From the NCBI GenBank assembly GCA_965153285.1, contig OZ229112.1: 64,000 bases of DNA; one strand, given 5' to 3'. Shown here one piece after another: positions 40,445-53,584 of the stretch. The translations under genes were made by a program, and so were the position numbers. The notes below the pieces were generated by a model. It did not search any database, had not been told where the DNA came from, and saw nothing but the letters and a program-made list of their open reading frames with translations. The stretch is from Podarcis tiliguerta. Taxonomy: Eukaryota. Positions within the stretch are counted from its first letter, which is position 1; each line of letters begins with the position of its first letter.

Positions 40445-41145
40445 GACATAAGACAAGAGTTCTGATAGATCAAATCAAAAGGCCCATCTTGCCCAGCATT
40501 CTGTTCTCACGTTGACAAAGCAACTATGAGAAGCTTATAAGCAGGACATGAGCACAATCGAGTCTCGCTGCTTGTGATTTTCAGCAACTGCCATTCAGAG
40601 ACATACTGCCCCCAACATTAAATTCTCATTAAATTTGTCTAAACTCTTTTAATGCCATCCATGTTAATAGTCATCACCACATATTAATAATAATATTATA
40701 ATTTTTTTTATTTATACCCTGCCCTTCCCGGTTTAAAAACTGGGCTCAGGGCGGCTAACAACAAATTTACAACATTGACTAAAATGTGACTTAAAAACAG
40801 CAAATTCCACAGATTAATCATGCACTGTGTGAAGAAGTACTTACTTTCGTCTGTCTTTAATCTTCCAATATTTAGATGGATCCGGTTCCCTATCAACTTT
40901 CTCTGAATAATATTATACAATTTTATCATGTCCCCACCTTGTAACCTTTCCACATAGGGAGACTGTTCTAGCCCCATAATTATTTTGGCTGGCCTTTTCT
41001 GAACCATTTCCAGCTCTACAATATCCTTTTTTGAGGTGTGGTAGACAGAACTGTTAACAGTATACCAAGGGCAGTCACACAATAGATTTTAACGATGGCA
41101 TTATGATATTGGAAGTTTCATTTTTTTAAACCATTTTCTTAATGT
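40445..41145 (-). mobile_element. CR1 LINE 3' fragment, interrupted by an L2-type tail at about 40685-40775
   Basis: ORF 40708..41082(-) contains KKDIVELEMVQKR..GLEQSPYVERL..GDMI..GRLKTD..KYFFTQ..INLWN, the CR1 ORF2 C-terminus. Confidence 0.8.
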
Positions 41146-41376
41146 AATATTTGATAAGTAGTTCAGCCAGCAATCCCACCCCCATCACTGAAAGGCACCC
41201 AAGTAGGTTCTATCACAACTCTGGGAGATTTAGTATCTCAAAAGTGAGATACTCAGTTCAAAACTTAACCCAATTCAGTTAGATGTACACATACTATATT
41301 TAAAAACTTAGTTCTCTCAGAAGTTCAGAAGTTAACATAGAGGTCAGAATTCACAGTCTGATTAAACTGAAATTCT

Positions 41377-41384
<8 letters not shown>

Positions 41385-41423
<39 letters not shown>
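41385..41423. repeat. (CA)n microsatellite
   Basis: About 19 AC units. Confidence 0.95.
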
Positions 41424-41426
<3 letters not shown>

Positions 41427-43921
41427 TCACCAATCTAAGCACCATCACTTCAGTGAGCAACCACTGAGTGCAGGAAATCAAAATACATATTGTATCATGT
41501 CCTCTTTGCCACCAAATATTGTTCAAACAAAGATCACATCAGAACACACTGTGAGGGGCAGTGTTTGCTGCTGAAACTATAGATACCACACTTATTCCAC
41601 AGGAAATATATATAATAGCCCAATGGCCAGGGTGGGTAAAATTGCCTCATACAACTATATCTGCTTAAAAGCAGGAAAATGAGCAAATCACAAGGTGAGG
41701 TTTTGCTTCAAAGTTGCACAATACACTAATGACCAACTCTGGGTCATCAGAAACTGAACAGCAAAACACTAATTTTCTTTTGGTGCAAAAATATGATACT
41801 ATTTTCATAAGCTCCAAACTCCTAAAAGTCTATGTACCAATGTTCTTCCACACCCCTCCTTAACAGGAAAACAAAAGTACAGTCCAAAATAAGCTGCATG
41901 TTAACTAAAACAAGCCAATCTCTCTCTGTTCACAAGCCTATCCCAGTTAAATAATTTCATAATCAGTTTTTTTAATGCTGGTGCATTAGGTACAATGAAT
42001 TTCACTTCAATACATACAGATGAAAACCCTGAAAGCTGAATCGTTTGTACAAAATAAGAAAGCCCCTCTGGAATAAGCCAAAGAGTATTAATTCCATACA
42101 CCATTCATAACGGGGGCAAAGGGTTAGATTCATTCTCCTCCACACCATGTTCCCAATCTGGATCAGCTTCACCTGTTTTTTAGTAAAGGAAAGCCAAGCA
42201 TCCAAGAGCCAGCCATATGTTTAATGCAATGCCTAATTTGGTCCTAAGCCAGATCCATGCCAAAGCAGCAGTGTTGATTTCATGAAGTGCCTCCTGGAGA
42301 AAGCCTGACCACTTTCCCTTGCAGAGTAAATAAACCTGCTAGTCCGCCTAAGTGGAAGAGTTTCAGAAATAAGTGGCCTCCTGCCAAAAACCTCGGCTTA
42401 GGAAAGAGGGTAGCACTTGTCCATAGCTGATGCTCATTGAGCGGCTCTTTTCACAACCTAGGGCAACAGTACATGAGCAGTTCCCAACGTTGGACTGCAC
42501 TGAATGTACAAAGATTAACAAGTTACAGTAAACCTAAGAAGGGAACATAATTCCTATAACATATAAGAAGCTGAAAGATCTCTAGAGCATCGTAAAATAT
42601 TACCTGCCTAAGGGTTATATCTAGGGATGGACAGAGTCATCCATCTCCAGTCCATGTCAGTTTTGTAGGTATTTATTCCCAAATCCTTTCTGCCCTATTT
42701 CTGTATAATCTACAAAAAATGCACAAAAATTGTCTTTAAAATCATAGTTTGGAAGGTATTCTATCCCAGTGTAACATTTTATCTCAAAATATGAATTTTG
42801 GTTAGTTTTCTAAGCAGAGAACTGCATTGCAAAATTTGGAGAATAACTGCATTCCAATTTGCACATTAGCCCAAGAGGTCAGTTCACTTTGAAATGCAGA
42901 TCAAACAATCCTTAGTTATATCTGTTATTTTTCATGTTACATGTCTCCCAAGCATACCAGCAATAGCCTGTGCAGTATTCATTTCATGCAGTATGCAATT
43001 TTCCACAATTTTATACAGACACTGTATAAAGGGGATTAGCCTTACTCTCCGTGAACATGCCTATCAGTGGCTACTAGTCATGACTCCAGGATAGAAGCAG
43101 CACGCATCTGAATAACAGATGCTGGACAACAAAGAAATAGCCTTTGCTCGCTGAGGTGAGAAGCCTGTATGCGCTGAGAGTGCAGAATGGGTTCACGTAA
43201 CTGAAAGTTGATTCATATTTTTCCCATATTTCCCCCCTATGTTTAAAAAACTAGAACACCTTTTCCCAATATCTAGTTTTCTACATGCAGTCCATTTTTT
43301 TGCAGGGAGCAGAATTCAATTATGTGATACCTTATAATGTCAAGCAGTGCAGTTCAGGAATGGTTTTACCACCTCTGTGACAACTAGGTCAAGTTCACTT
43401 TGTGATCTCAGCTCTTCAGCTGAAACTGCACTCTCTGCTTTCACAATAGATTCTGTTTGTATTTCCTCCTATCCAGTACCGTCTCTCCCGCCTCCAGTCT
43501 CTGGAATGCATCAGCCAGAGCTCTACTCTTTGTTCACCAGCTGTAATTCTCGCTGTAATGGCCCACAGGTGTTTCCTCAGAGCAAGAAGCTGGAGAATCA
43601 GCTTTTTAACTGGACTTTCAACAAGCAGCAGAGCAGGTAGCTATGCTCCTTTCTGCTGGGGGCTGGACAAGATGCCCCTCTAGGTCTCTTCCAACTACAG
43701 TGCTATGGATTCTACAGGAGTCTTGGGGAGAAAGCAGCTCCCCAAGTAAACTACAAATAAGGAGCAAATGTAGGCAAGCACAGGATCCCCAAAATCTCTA
43801 GTTTCAAAAATTCCCACACCTTCTCAGTTAGGGAGTCACATCAAAAAATGATAGCGTTATTAATTATTAAATGAGACAGGGCTGCTTTTTATTTCGAAGT
43901 AGGCATTTCAGCCAAAAAGTA

Positions 43922-44163
43922 CAGTGGTACCTCAGGTTACAGACGCTTCAAGTTACAGATGCTTCAGGTTACAGACTCCGCTAACCCAGAAATAGTACCT
44001 CGGGTTAAGAACTTTGCTTCAGGATGAGAACAGAAATCATGCGGTGGTGGTGTGGCAGCAGCGGGAGGTCCCATTAGCTAAAGTGGTGCTTCAGGTTAAG
44101 AACAGTTTCAGGTTAAGAACGGACTTCCGGAACAAATTAAGTTCTTAACCTGAGATACCACTG
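43922..44163. mobile_element. Tc1/mariner (Tigger-like) MITE
   Basis: TA|CAGTGGTACCTCAGGTTA ... TAACCTGAGATACCACTG|TA terminal inverted repeats; internal TTCAGGTTA repeats. Confidence 0.88.
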
Positions 44164-46444
44164 TATATGGAAGTTGAAGATGACTCCAGTGTCTGGGGAG
44201 GAGTCCAGGAGGAATTTATGCCATCAGATATGGCAGAAGAGCTTCCAGGTGAGGTCACAGATCCTGTTTATAGACACAAGCACACTAGCAATGCAATCTT
44301 ACACTTGTCTGCTGAGAAGTAAGTCCCATTGAGTTCAATGGGGCAAACTTCCAGTTAAGTGTGAATTAAGACTGCAACCTAAAGTTCTGAGAATAAATGA
44401 TAGCTACCCCAACCAATTACCTACAACTCCATTTCAGCCCGTTTTGTTGCAAGGTATTATGTTATCTTGAAAACACATACCAGTATTCTGACTTAGCTGG
44501 TTTATAGACCATGAAGCACATTTCTTAAAAGTGTTGTTTTATAAATACAACAAGTACCTTATAATATCCTTTTTATATAGAAAGCCTTGCCAAAATTTAT
44601 ACTGGTGAAGCATTAATGAGTGTCACATAAAAACTGAAATTAGACTTGTCTGTACTCTTGTGATCTATGAATTTAGTAAGCAATGCCTTCTACATTAGAA
44701 CATTCTATATAAAAATCTATAAATAGTCAATTTCCATTCTATACCTCATTTCTATACCTTCCTTATATCAGTTTATTTATTTGCTCTAACAATTTATTCT
44801 ATCAGGAACCACTTGCCAAGTAAACTAAAATAAGGAGCCAATGTAGGCAAGCACAGGATCCCAAAAATCTCCTAACTTGAAATAAGGTGGAAGCAATTGT
44901 TTTATTGGATAAAATATATAAACAACGATTATTCTCATAACTTGCATTCATACATGCTACTGATTTTCTTTTTGCTTCCTGAAGGTATACTACCTCAGAC
45001 TCTCAAATTCTGAAGTACATTAGAGTCCATGCCATTATTGAACCAACTATAAGACGCTTCCCAGACATCCCCATTTAGTTCTGCATATAGTACAGTATAT
45101 GCTATACACAGTTTGAGAGTGGATGCTGCCATGAAACCACACTCACCACAATTTGTTCAAAACTACAATCTTCAGGGGAAACAAATTCTGCATGTTTGAT
45201 TGATCACAGCAGCTAAAACAATAAGAGGAATGTGCTTTTTGCATTAAAAAAATAAAATAGAAATCAGCAGTTGTAGTACGAAAAGTATTGAATGACAAAT
45301 CACTGCAGCATTAAATGCTTAATTCAACTTTAAAAAGGAAATGATTCTTGCTTAAAATGCAAGCTCAAAACAAGCATGACACTTCTGCTAATTTATACTA
45401 TGCTTTTAAAATTATTTCACAACTACATACATTTAAAATCAGCTTTGTCTGCTTATGATTTTGGCAAAAAATATTTTAATTATAAGTATCTAGCAATTTA
45501 GATAGATATAAATACACACACAAATTGCTGAATGCTTGTTTAAGGGGGAAACTTAACATTCATGAGATGAGATGAAAAAGAGATAGGTCATGTCTGAAAT
45601 GTATTCTTTGCAGATGGCACAGAAGACATTATGATCAAAAAGATAGACAACAATGGAAGGCAGCTTCAAAGACACAGCTAAATGGATAGGGAAGTTATAC
45701 TCAGACATAAGCAGAAACAGCACACAGAAACAACTTTGATGCAGTGAGATAGATTTTAAAAAGAGTGATGCCTCTGTAGGAGGAGAGAAAGCACTTTTAA
45801 AGTATCTGAAAACATTGCATTTAAAGGAAATCTGAGAGGATGAGGCAATCATAAAGACAGCTGTTGTCATATTGGTTCCAGAAAATACGAGATACCAAAA
45901 ATGTATTTCTTCCGTTGCCCCATTTAAATTACTGAATGAAAATATGTTTCCCACTGATGCTTCTTGATATATTTCCTAAATAACGGTACAAATCTAACTA
46001 CTAAATTGTGGTTCGTTTACAACTAGGGTATTATTTCATTTTTACAACCCGGCCCTGAATTTGGTTTATCTCATTGAATGCATTTTGCATGCTTTCTTCT
46101 TTTACCTACAAAGGGAATGCCTCTTAAATATTCCCATATGAAGTCTGCCAGCAAGAGCCTATGACATTTTGCACTATTAACAGTGCAATCCTATCAATGG
46201 AACCTATTGCAGCTTAAGTATGAGGACATAAGAACCTTTTCAGTGGTCAATTTTGTCTTTTCTTCCTTCCACTGTTGCTCTTTTCTGCTTTACTCTGCCT
46301 TGGTCCAGCCCTACTCTCACAAAAGAAGCAAGTATTAAACAAAGATGAAGAGACCATGATTAATAGAACAAAGCGAAGTCTGACAGCTTCTGGGCAGACT
46401 AGGAGTTTTGTTTTCAGCAGGTAAAAATGTAATGCCTGTGTCTG

Positions 46445-46824
46445 GTTGTTGTTGCTGACATATGTCTCAAGAGACAATGGAGTGTGCTTCCGGGGGTGAA
46501 GTCAAATCACTATGTTGGAAGCACCGAAGTGACCTTCTCAGGGCGCAAGCCTGGTTAGTTTATATGGAGGTCCTGGGCAGCCCAGACAACAAGACCCCGC
46601 TCTCAACCTTGCTGGTATGCTTCAAATAAAAGCAGAGCAATACATTTGGCCAGAGGATGCCAGAAGGAGGCAAACAAATCATATGGCCTCCACTCCGCAT
46701 TTGTGCAGAGTTTACTCCTTAGCCTTTTTTTCTCCTGAAGACGTCCTGCAAGGCAGTGGAAGTTTAGGATCAAAATTTTACTTCTCCTAGATGGGCTACC
46801 TTCCAGATTGATGAGCCCCATCTG
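46445..46824 (-). mobile_element. Non-autonomous RTE-related retroposon (RTE 5'-like head and (CAA)n tail)
   Basis: - strand ggggctcatcaatctggaaggtagcccatctaggagaag resembles the conserved RTE 5' segment as I recall it; ends in cagcaacaacaacc. Confidence 0.45.
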
Positions 46825-48456
46825 TATTTTGTAGGTAGAGTGTAAATATTTATATCTGAGAAATCAAACTGATTCACCATTTACATAGGAAAGCTTCCTT
46901 TAATTCAAAAGGCTAGTTCACATGTGATGCTAAAGCATACATGGACAAGTCTGGGCTTGTATGCTCATCCCTCACCCAGGAGCAGGACTTCTCTCAAATT
47001 TACTTTCCATTTCAAAGAATCTTGCCTTAGCAATACAAATGACCCAAGAATTCTACTTTAAAACAAAGGTTAGTTAAAACAAGCCAAGTTCATAAACCAT
47101 GGTTTAAAGCTGACTTGTTTAACAATTTTTAAACCAGGATTACTAGCTCTTATGTAAGGCTAAGCCAAAATTCTTTAAAACAGAAAGAAAACTCAGCAGA
47201 AATTCTCTTCTTGGACATGTGGAAAGAGAAGAGGGATGAATACACAAGCCCAATATGATAGAGATGTTTGTGTGGCAGATGCTCACATTCAGGGGAAAAC
47301 AGCATGGAATGGGGTAAGGAAGCCATTCCTGTTAATAATGATCAAATACACTTCCCTACCAGAAGAAGTTAGAATGTGAAAAAGTATACAATTCTCCATC
47401 TTTTAGAACTAAACTTTTAGTTCACACAGAATGCATCTGTTCACCACATGATAGCACACATTGGAAGGGTAAAATGAAGTTCTGGTCTTCCTTTATGGCC
47501 ATCAATTTTAAAATCAAATAAAATGCATTTCTATATTTCACATATGCACAGCAAGAGCAGGAGAGAGGGGGAGAGGGGCTGACTCAGAAGATTAGTCTGA
47601 GATTAAGGTGAGAGAAAAAGCAAAATTAGGAAGAGTCACATAGCACAGCAGCAGAAAAGAAGCTTACCGGTCTTAAAGACAGCATAATGAGAAATTGTTA
47701 ATGGTTATAGAAATAGGTTTATTAGAAGCAGGTTAACTTTTTGAGAAAGTCAATTAGGGATAAATAGCAGAAGCCAAAAAGCTGCTCTAACAATGCAGGG
47801 ATGAAGCTGAATCATGAGGGAGAGGCTGGCTAGAAACCAGAAGAATGCAAAATCAGATGAGTGCTGGCAGTTCAAAGAAATTAGAGCACATATAAGATTG
47901 GGCAAAAGAGCAGATAATGGAGAAAACCACTTTAAGGGATGCCAGAAACAGAAATGAGAAGATGAGCCATTAAAGGAAACACTGTAGGAGCCATTAGTTA
48001 AGATAAGAGAAAAGCAAGAATGCAATGAAAAATGGAAGGCAAATCAGGGAAAGATGAGTAATATAAAACGCTACAGAAATTCTTAGGAAAAACAAATAAT
48101 ACTTGTAATCTAACTTCATGATAATAACAATTATGGATTGGGAGGGTGGGATGGAGAATGAATGGCCAGCTAGCAGATAAAAGCTGACATCCAACAGTTC
48201 CTAGGTTTGCATGAAACACTAAGACAAACCATAGCTTAGTGTCAGTGTGTAGGTTTCCAGAAAGGAGATTGTGGCCACTTTGCTCCTCTCTGAACCTACT
48301 GGCAGAAGTGTAGTTTAGTGTAGCATACTGTCTGAACCCCAGTTTGTCTCAGTCCAAACAAACCATGAGCTGGAACCATGGTTTGTTTCTGGTTTACAGC
48401 TTATGGTTGAACTGAGGAGATGGAACATGAGTCCAGGGTCAGACAATTTCCTAAGG

Positions 48457-48921
48457 CAGTGGTTTCCAACCAGTGTGCCATGGCATCCTGGGGTGCCTCA
48501 AATGATAGTCAGGGGTGCCATGGGCAACACTGGCCTCTGTCCCTTTTTCCTTCCCTCCATCCTCTGATGCCCTCTTGCATCTCTGCCTCCCAAAGGCTTG
48601 CACAGCTGTTCATTGCAGCAGCCCTGGCTACAAGCTCCCCAGGCGAATGGTGCCTCTGGGGCTGGCCAGGGGTTGCTTCCCAGGCCCTTGTGGGGCAGTG
48701 TGAGGAGGCAGCTCTCTTTGGGGCAGGGGAGCAGCTCAGAGACCAAGGACTCCCAAGGAGAGGGGAGAAGAGAGGAGGCTGAGGGAACACTCAAAGGAGG
48801 GTGTTCGAAAGGAGGTGAGCCAAGGGATGACATAGCTGGGCTCCTGAGCCCCACAGGGATACCACAGAAAGAATGTAGTTAGTCAAGGGAGCCATGGACC
48901 CCAAAAGGTTGAAAACCTCTG
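48457..48921. mobile_element. hAT-type non-autonomous DNA transposon
   Basis: TIRs CAGTGGTTTCCAACC / GGTTGAAAACCTCTG; flanked by CCTAAGG repeats; GC-rich interior. Confidence 0.75.
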
Positions 48922-49191
48922 CCCCTAAGGCAAAGCATGACATAGGTCACAACACCAGAACCAGAACAAGGGTTGAAAAATCCTTCAAAACAGATTTGAT
49001 GGGCTGCAGGGGGGAGAGGGGAAGGAGAAGTCCTGTTGCACCAGCCTGCTCACATGACACTCAACACCCAAAATGTTCACACACAAATTTTTTAAGCCTC
49101 CCATTCTGAAATACCAGATTGCTATCAGGAAAACCCCATTGTCTACTACAGTAACAAACAACAAGGGATTATTAATCACCCTGCACAATTA

Positions 49192-49340
49192 AAGGTAAAG
49201 GTACCCCTGCCCGTACGGGCCAGTCATGTCCGACTCTAGGGTTGTGCGCCCATCTCACTTAAGAGGCCGGGGGCCAGCGCTGTCCGGAGACACTTCCGGG
49301 TCACGTGGCCAGCGTGACGAAGCTGCTCTGGCAAGCCAGC
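49192..49340 (-). mobile_element. 5'-truncated Sauria SINE flanked by a 59-bp direct duplication
   Basis: Closely matches 33574-33730; identical flanks 49133-49191 and 49341-49399. Confidence 0.88.
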
Positions 49341-52300
49341 ACCCCATTGTCTACTACAGTAACAAACAACAAGGGATTATTAATCACCCTGCACAATTAG
49401 GGTATAGTTAAAACTAGTGCAAACTGGAACATTCCTAATTTACTTCTATAGCTTTCACCTTTCACAGATCAAAGACACAGCTGGGGAGGGACCTTAGTCC
49501 TAAAGAACCGAGTTTTGCATCTGAAAAGTCCCAAGTTCTGCCCTGGCATCGCCAGATAGGATAAGGAAAGTTTGAAGATGAGAGTCACAGTCTGCAAGTG
49601 AATGTAGACCATAGTGAGAAATAGATAGCAAAATGGTCTCACTTAGTATACAACAGCTTCCAACGTTCCAGATAAACATTCATTCCATTTTATTTTGGTT
49701 ACTCTATTTCCAAGGTAGCCAGCATGCTGCCCCCTAGAAGCTGGCCTCCAACCTCCCAACAGCCCTATCTAGTAAAGCTAATGGTCAATTATGGGAGATG
49801 TAGTCCAACTACAGCTGTATGGCAACATGTTAGCTACTCCTGCGGCTACTTTATTCTGAGTGTATTTGAATTCAACAAACATTTATGTATTACATTGTTT
49901 TCCTGTGCCATGTTGATACTTCCTTTTCTCAAAGGTAGAGAAACCTGTAGGAAGCTCTGGTAAGTTACCACAGAGAACACTGGAATCAGGTTCAAAGTGT
50001 GGGCAGGCAGGTGAAAGCAATAGGAAAATAGAAGAATGGAAAGAAGAGCAAGAGTGGAGGAGGACCAGTGAACTGATATTGGATTGAAATATAGAAGTGA
50101 AGAACCTTTTCAAAAAAGTAAAACCAACTGTTGCTACTCAGGCAAATGTACAAAACAAGGATCAGGTTGGAATTTAAGTACTAACTCTTCTGTAGTACTG
50201 CCATCAGAATGCCCCAACTTTGTTCTTGCTAGAACAAAAACAGCTGCAATTTAAAGTACTCTGTTGCACACAAACACCTCAACACACATTACAGAAATAT
50301 AAATCATGAAAAATGATGGTGAAATAATATTACTTTACTCCTAAAGGGAACATGGCCTGCAAGTTTCATTCTATGGAGTTCAAGGTAATTGAGACACCAT
50401 CAAGGCACATTCCTAATTATAAATCAGACACTTGAAGTCTTACATTTTACAAAAAAAAAAAAGTTTCTACAGGATACACAATTCATTTGCATGAAGACCA
50501 CTCTCATGTAGAAGTGGCAGGACTATCCCTGGAATCAACCACAGAGTATGTGTCTAAAAGCAACCACTATACATGAGTAGCTGTTTATGCATAAAAATTC
50601 CTCTACAGACACTGGTGCTCAAAATGGTGACACCAGAGCTAACGTGGCCATGTGTTGTTGGCAGTAGTGTAATCTCACTCCTCCTCTTTCAGTGCCTTCC
50701 ATGGAAGTAAAATGTGAAGAGGAACTGCATAGTCTAGCAGAGGTTAAATTTGGGTCACAGAGACTTGGGTTCAAAATGCACTCAGCCTTGAAGATCCCTA
50801 GGTGATCTTGAGCCAATCACACTCTCTCAACCAAATCTACTTCACAGTGTTGTTGTGAGGATAAAGGTGTGGAAACTTCATGTATGCCTGAGATCTTGGG
50901 AGAAAGGGTGGCCTATAAATATAACGCACACAAATGAATATTGAATTACATACATTTTTAAAAACACAAGTTTAGAGATGTTATCCCCAGGTCCTAAATT
51001 GCAGAAATTTGACAAAGCAATCAACACCAAGGGGGAAAAACCTCTGCCAGCAATGGAATAGCAAAAACAGAGGAGCCTTTAACATTACAGAATTGCTATC
51101 AACTCCTTTTTGGTAGAGAAATGCTTTCAAGTTGGACAGTCTTTATATTATACTTGCCTATAATCTGATTTTAAATCTTTGCACTGGGACTTAAAGATGT
51201 GCCTCAAAGACCTAGCCAAGGATCAGATGCACTTTTAAAATCTGCCGGTGCTCTTGGAGTAATACTGCCACCTGTGCACCAGCTGCACAAGTACTTATGA
51301 AAAAGAAATCCACCACAAATAAGCATCCCTCCTCCCCATTTCCTGATCAGTAGTTTGCTGCCTGGATAGGACATGTGCTCACTCTGCAGCTGATGCTAGC
51401 ACAATCAGAGCTTTCCTTCACATAAAGCTGTACTAAAGCCAATTGGACAGGACAAGACCAGAATCTGAAGTCCTAGTCATTTTACAGTACAATTGGCTCC
51501 CTATATAATGTACTTTTGAGCTTCTGTTGATTCAAGCAGAAGTTGCCAAGAACAGGCAGGAAGACAAACTTAAAAGACTTAAGCAAGAAAGAAAAACATG
51601 AGACAAATGTGAAATCAGGAAAATAAGGAAGAGCAGATCAATAAAGTGTTAGAAGATAGTGTACATGTGTGCATACACACAAACTATTCTAAAGGCAGAA
51701 AAATGGATTAGCCTGCAATACAATGAAATCAAATAAACTACAACAAAAACCAAGCATGCTGTCAAAGTTTGGGCATAAACTAAACAAAATGCTGATGAAA
51801 GCTTCTAAACTGATAAAAAAAGAAACTATTGTCTAACTGAGAGAGAAAAGAGTTGAATTTCTAAAAATCCAATGTCACTTTAAACTTTTAAAATCCAGGG
51901 CAGGGAGGAGCAGGCACCTGCATATTAAATTTAATAAGTCTACACAACAGAAAAAAATCAGAAAAGCACAGAGTAACTAGAAAATTAAATCATCAATACT
52001 CTATATCTATTACTCATGTTGCTTCATTCATTTTCTAAAAGCTGGGCCTGATAATACATTTTTGATAAAAAAAAGAAAGTGTTGGCTGTACTCAATTGAG
52101 ATCAATTACTAGCAATTCAACTCAGATTCTATTATCAAGTAGTCAAACCCAATGCAAAATCATATCCTAGTAAGCAACATCAGGTCCTTTTCGCAGGACA
52201 TGGAATTTTGGTTAATCAGCCACATATTGTGCAATAAGCAGGGCAGATTCACACTACATGGAAAGGAAATTCCAAGCCTTCTACAGCTAGTATGTAGGGG

Positions 52301-53293
52301 GATCAAAAGCATTCAAGAACAATGCAATGAATTTTCATTCCCCAGTTTTCCAGAATTCCAATGTCCAATTTATTCACGGTACTAGGAAACACACAAGCTG
52401 CAGTCTTCCTCATCTGTACAAAAAGCTAGCATAATGCAGATATCTGAGTGTCAAGTTCATACGTGAGAAGCGCCCATTCAAATACCCACTTGCTATGAAG
52501 CATTTCTCTATGGTTTTTGGCAAGCCCCCACAACCCTGTTGAGTTGATATATTCTCCCCAATGATTTTATCCAGGGAAAAATTGGGAGTGGACCTTGAAT
52601 TTCTGCACCCATTTCTTTCTCCCTTCACTATGGGAGAATGTCAGATTTTATGATTTAGAAAATTAACTTCTCTCCACAGTGAGACAAAGGGGGATAACCC
52701 AAAACCCATTCTTCTGCAGATAGAAGAGTAGGGGAAGAACCGAATAAGAAACATCTCAGAAATAGAAACAGGCCTTCTTGAGAGTCTGCTCCCAGCATAG
52801 ATGTGAGACTAACTTACCACTCTGAGCTTCTTAGAAGAAGGAAAAGATACAATATCAAACGTTCTAAACTGTGAGGGTGCTGTCAAATGTAAAAATTTGC
52901 TGCTAACACTCAAATTACAAAAGAGGTACTCATACCTTAATGATGAAAAACCTGACATTCATTAGTTCCCTCTGACAAATTATAATGCTACAAACAGTTC
53001 AATAAATAAACAATTATACTCTGGGTTCAGAGCAACATTTAACTCCCATGCAGACATTTTTGATTGTTTAAGCCCTCTTCAGGACTTTGCCTGAATATGC
53101 TTAGACCTTTCCTAAAGACATTCCTGCTCAGCCCTGGAAGATCTGAAGTGGAGGTGGCAGACACAGGGAGGATTGCATGCACATCCCCTCCCCACTTTAA
53201 GCCTGAAGATATCTATCCCAAGTCCCTGAGGGCAAAAAAAAAATGGTGGGAATAATATAATCAAAATCAATAATGTTCTATGTTGTACTGTAC

Positions 53294-53584
53294 CTTTTGA
53301 TAAACTACGGAGCACACTAGGTCTTTGACAACAGAAAGGGAGAGATCTTGAGCGTCAACTGTAACAGTCTCGCGAGTGAGACCAATCTGCAGCAGGAAGG
53401 AGATGCCATGCACAGAGCCCCTGGAGTTGGTGAGACTTTGTGTGCTGAAGCTGCCATTGGACAGTCGGCCTGAGAGTCCAGATTGTGGACTTGAAGATAA
53501 AGAAGGGGTAGGTGGAGCAGCAACATGGGAGGCAGATGGGGAAAACTTCTGTAAGGATGGAGGAGAAGATTCGTTTGATGACAT
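53294..53584 (-). CDS. PRKD3: PRKD3 first coding exon (MSSNESSPPSLQK...FLLQIGLTRE...LVCSVVYQK)
   Basis: ATG 53584 with in-frame TAG upstream (53615-53617); donor AAG|gtacag; 97 codons; PKD N-terminal FLLQIGLTRE motif. Confidence 0.95.

Noticed and set aside
43368-43470. Protein-like - strand frame EEIQTESIVKAESAVSAEELRSQSELDLVVTEV as an extra PRKD3 exon
   Set aside because: Preceded by an in-frame TAG with no pyrimidine tract; weak donor; the CDS is already complete at 890 aa
48420-48882. Cluster of overlapping ORFs
   Set aside because: All lie in the GC-rich interior of a non-autonomous hAT element; no transposase motifs
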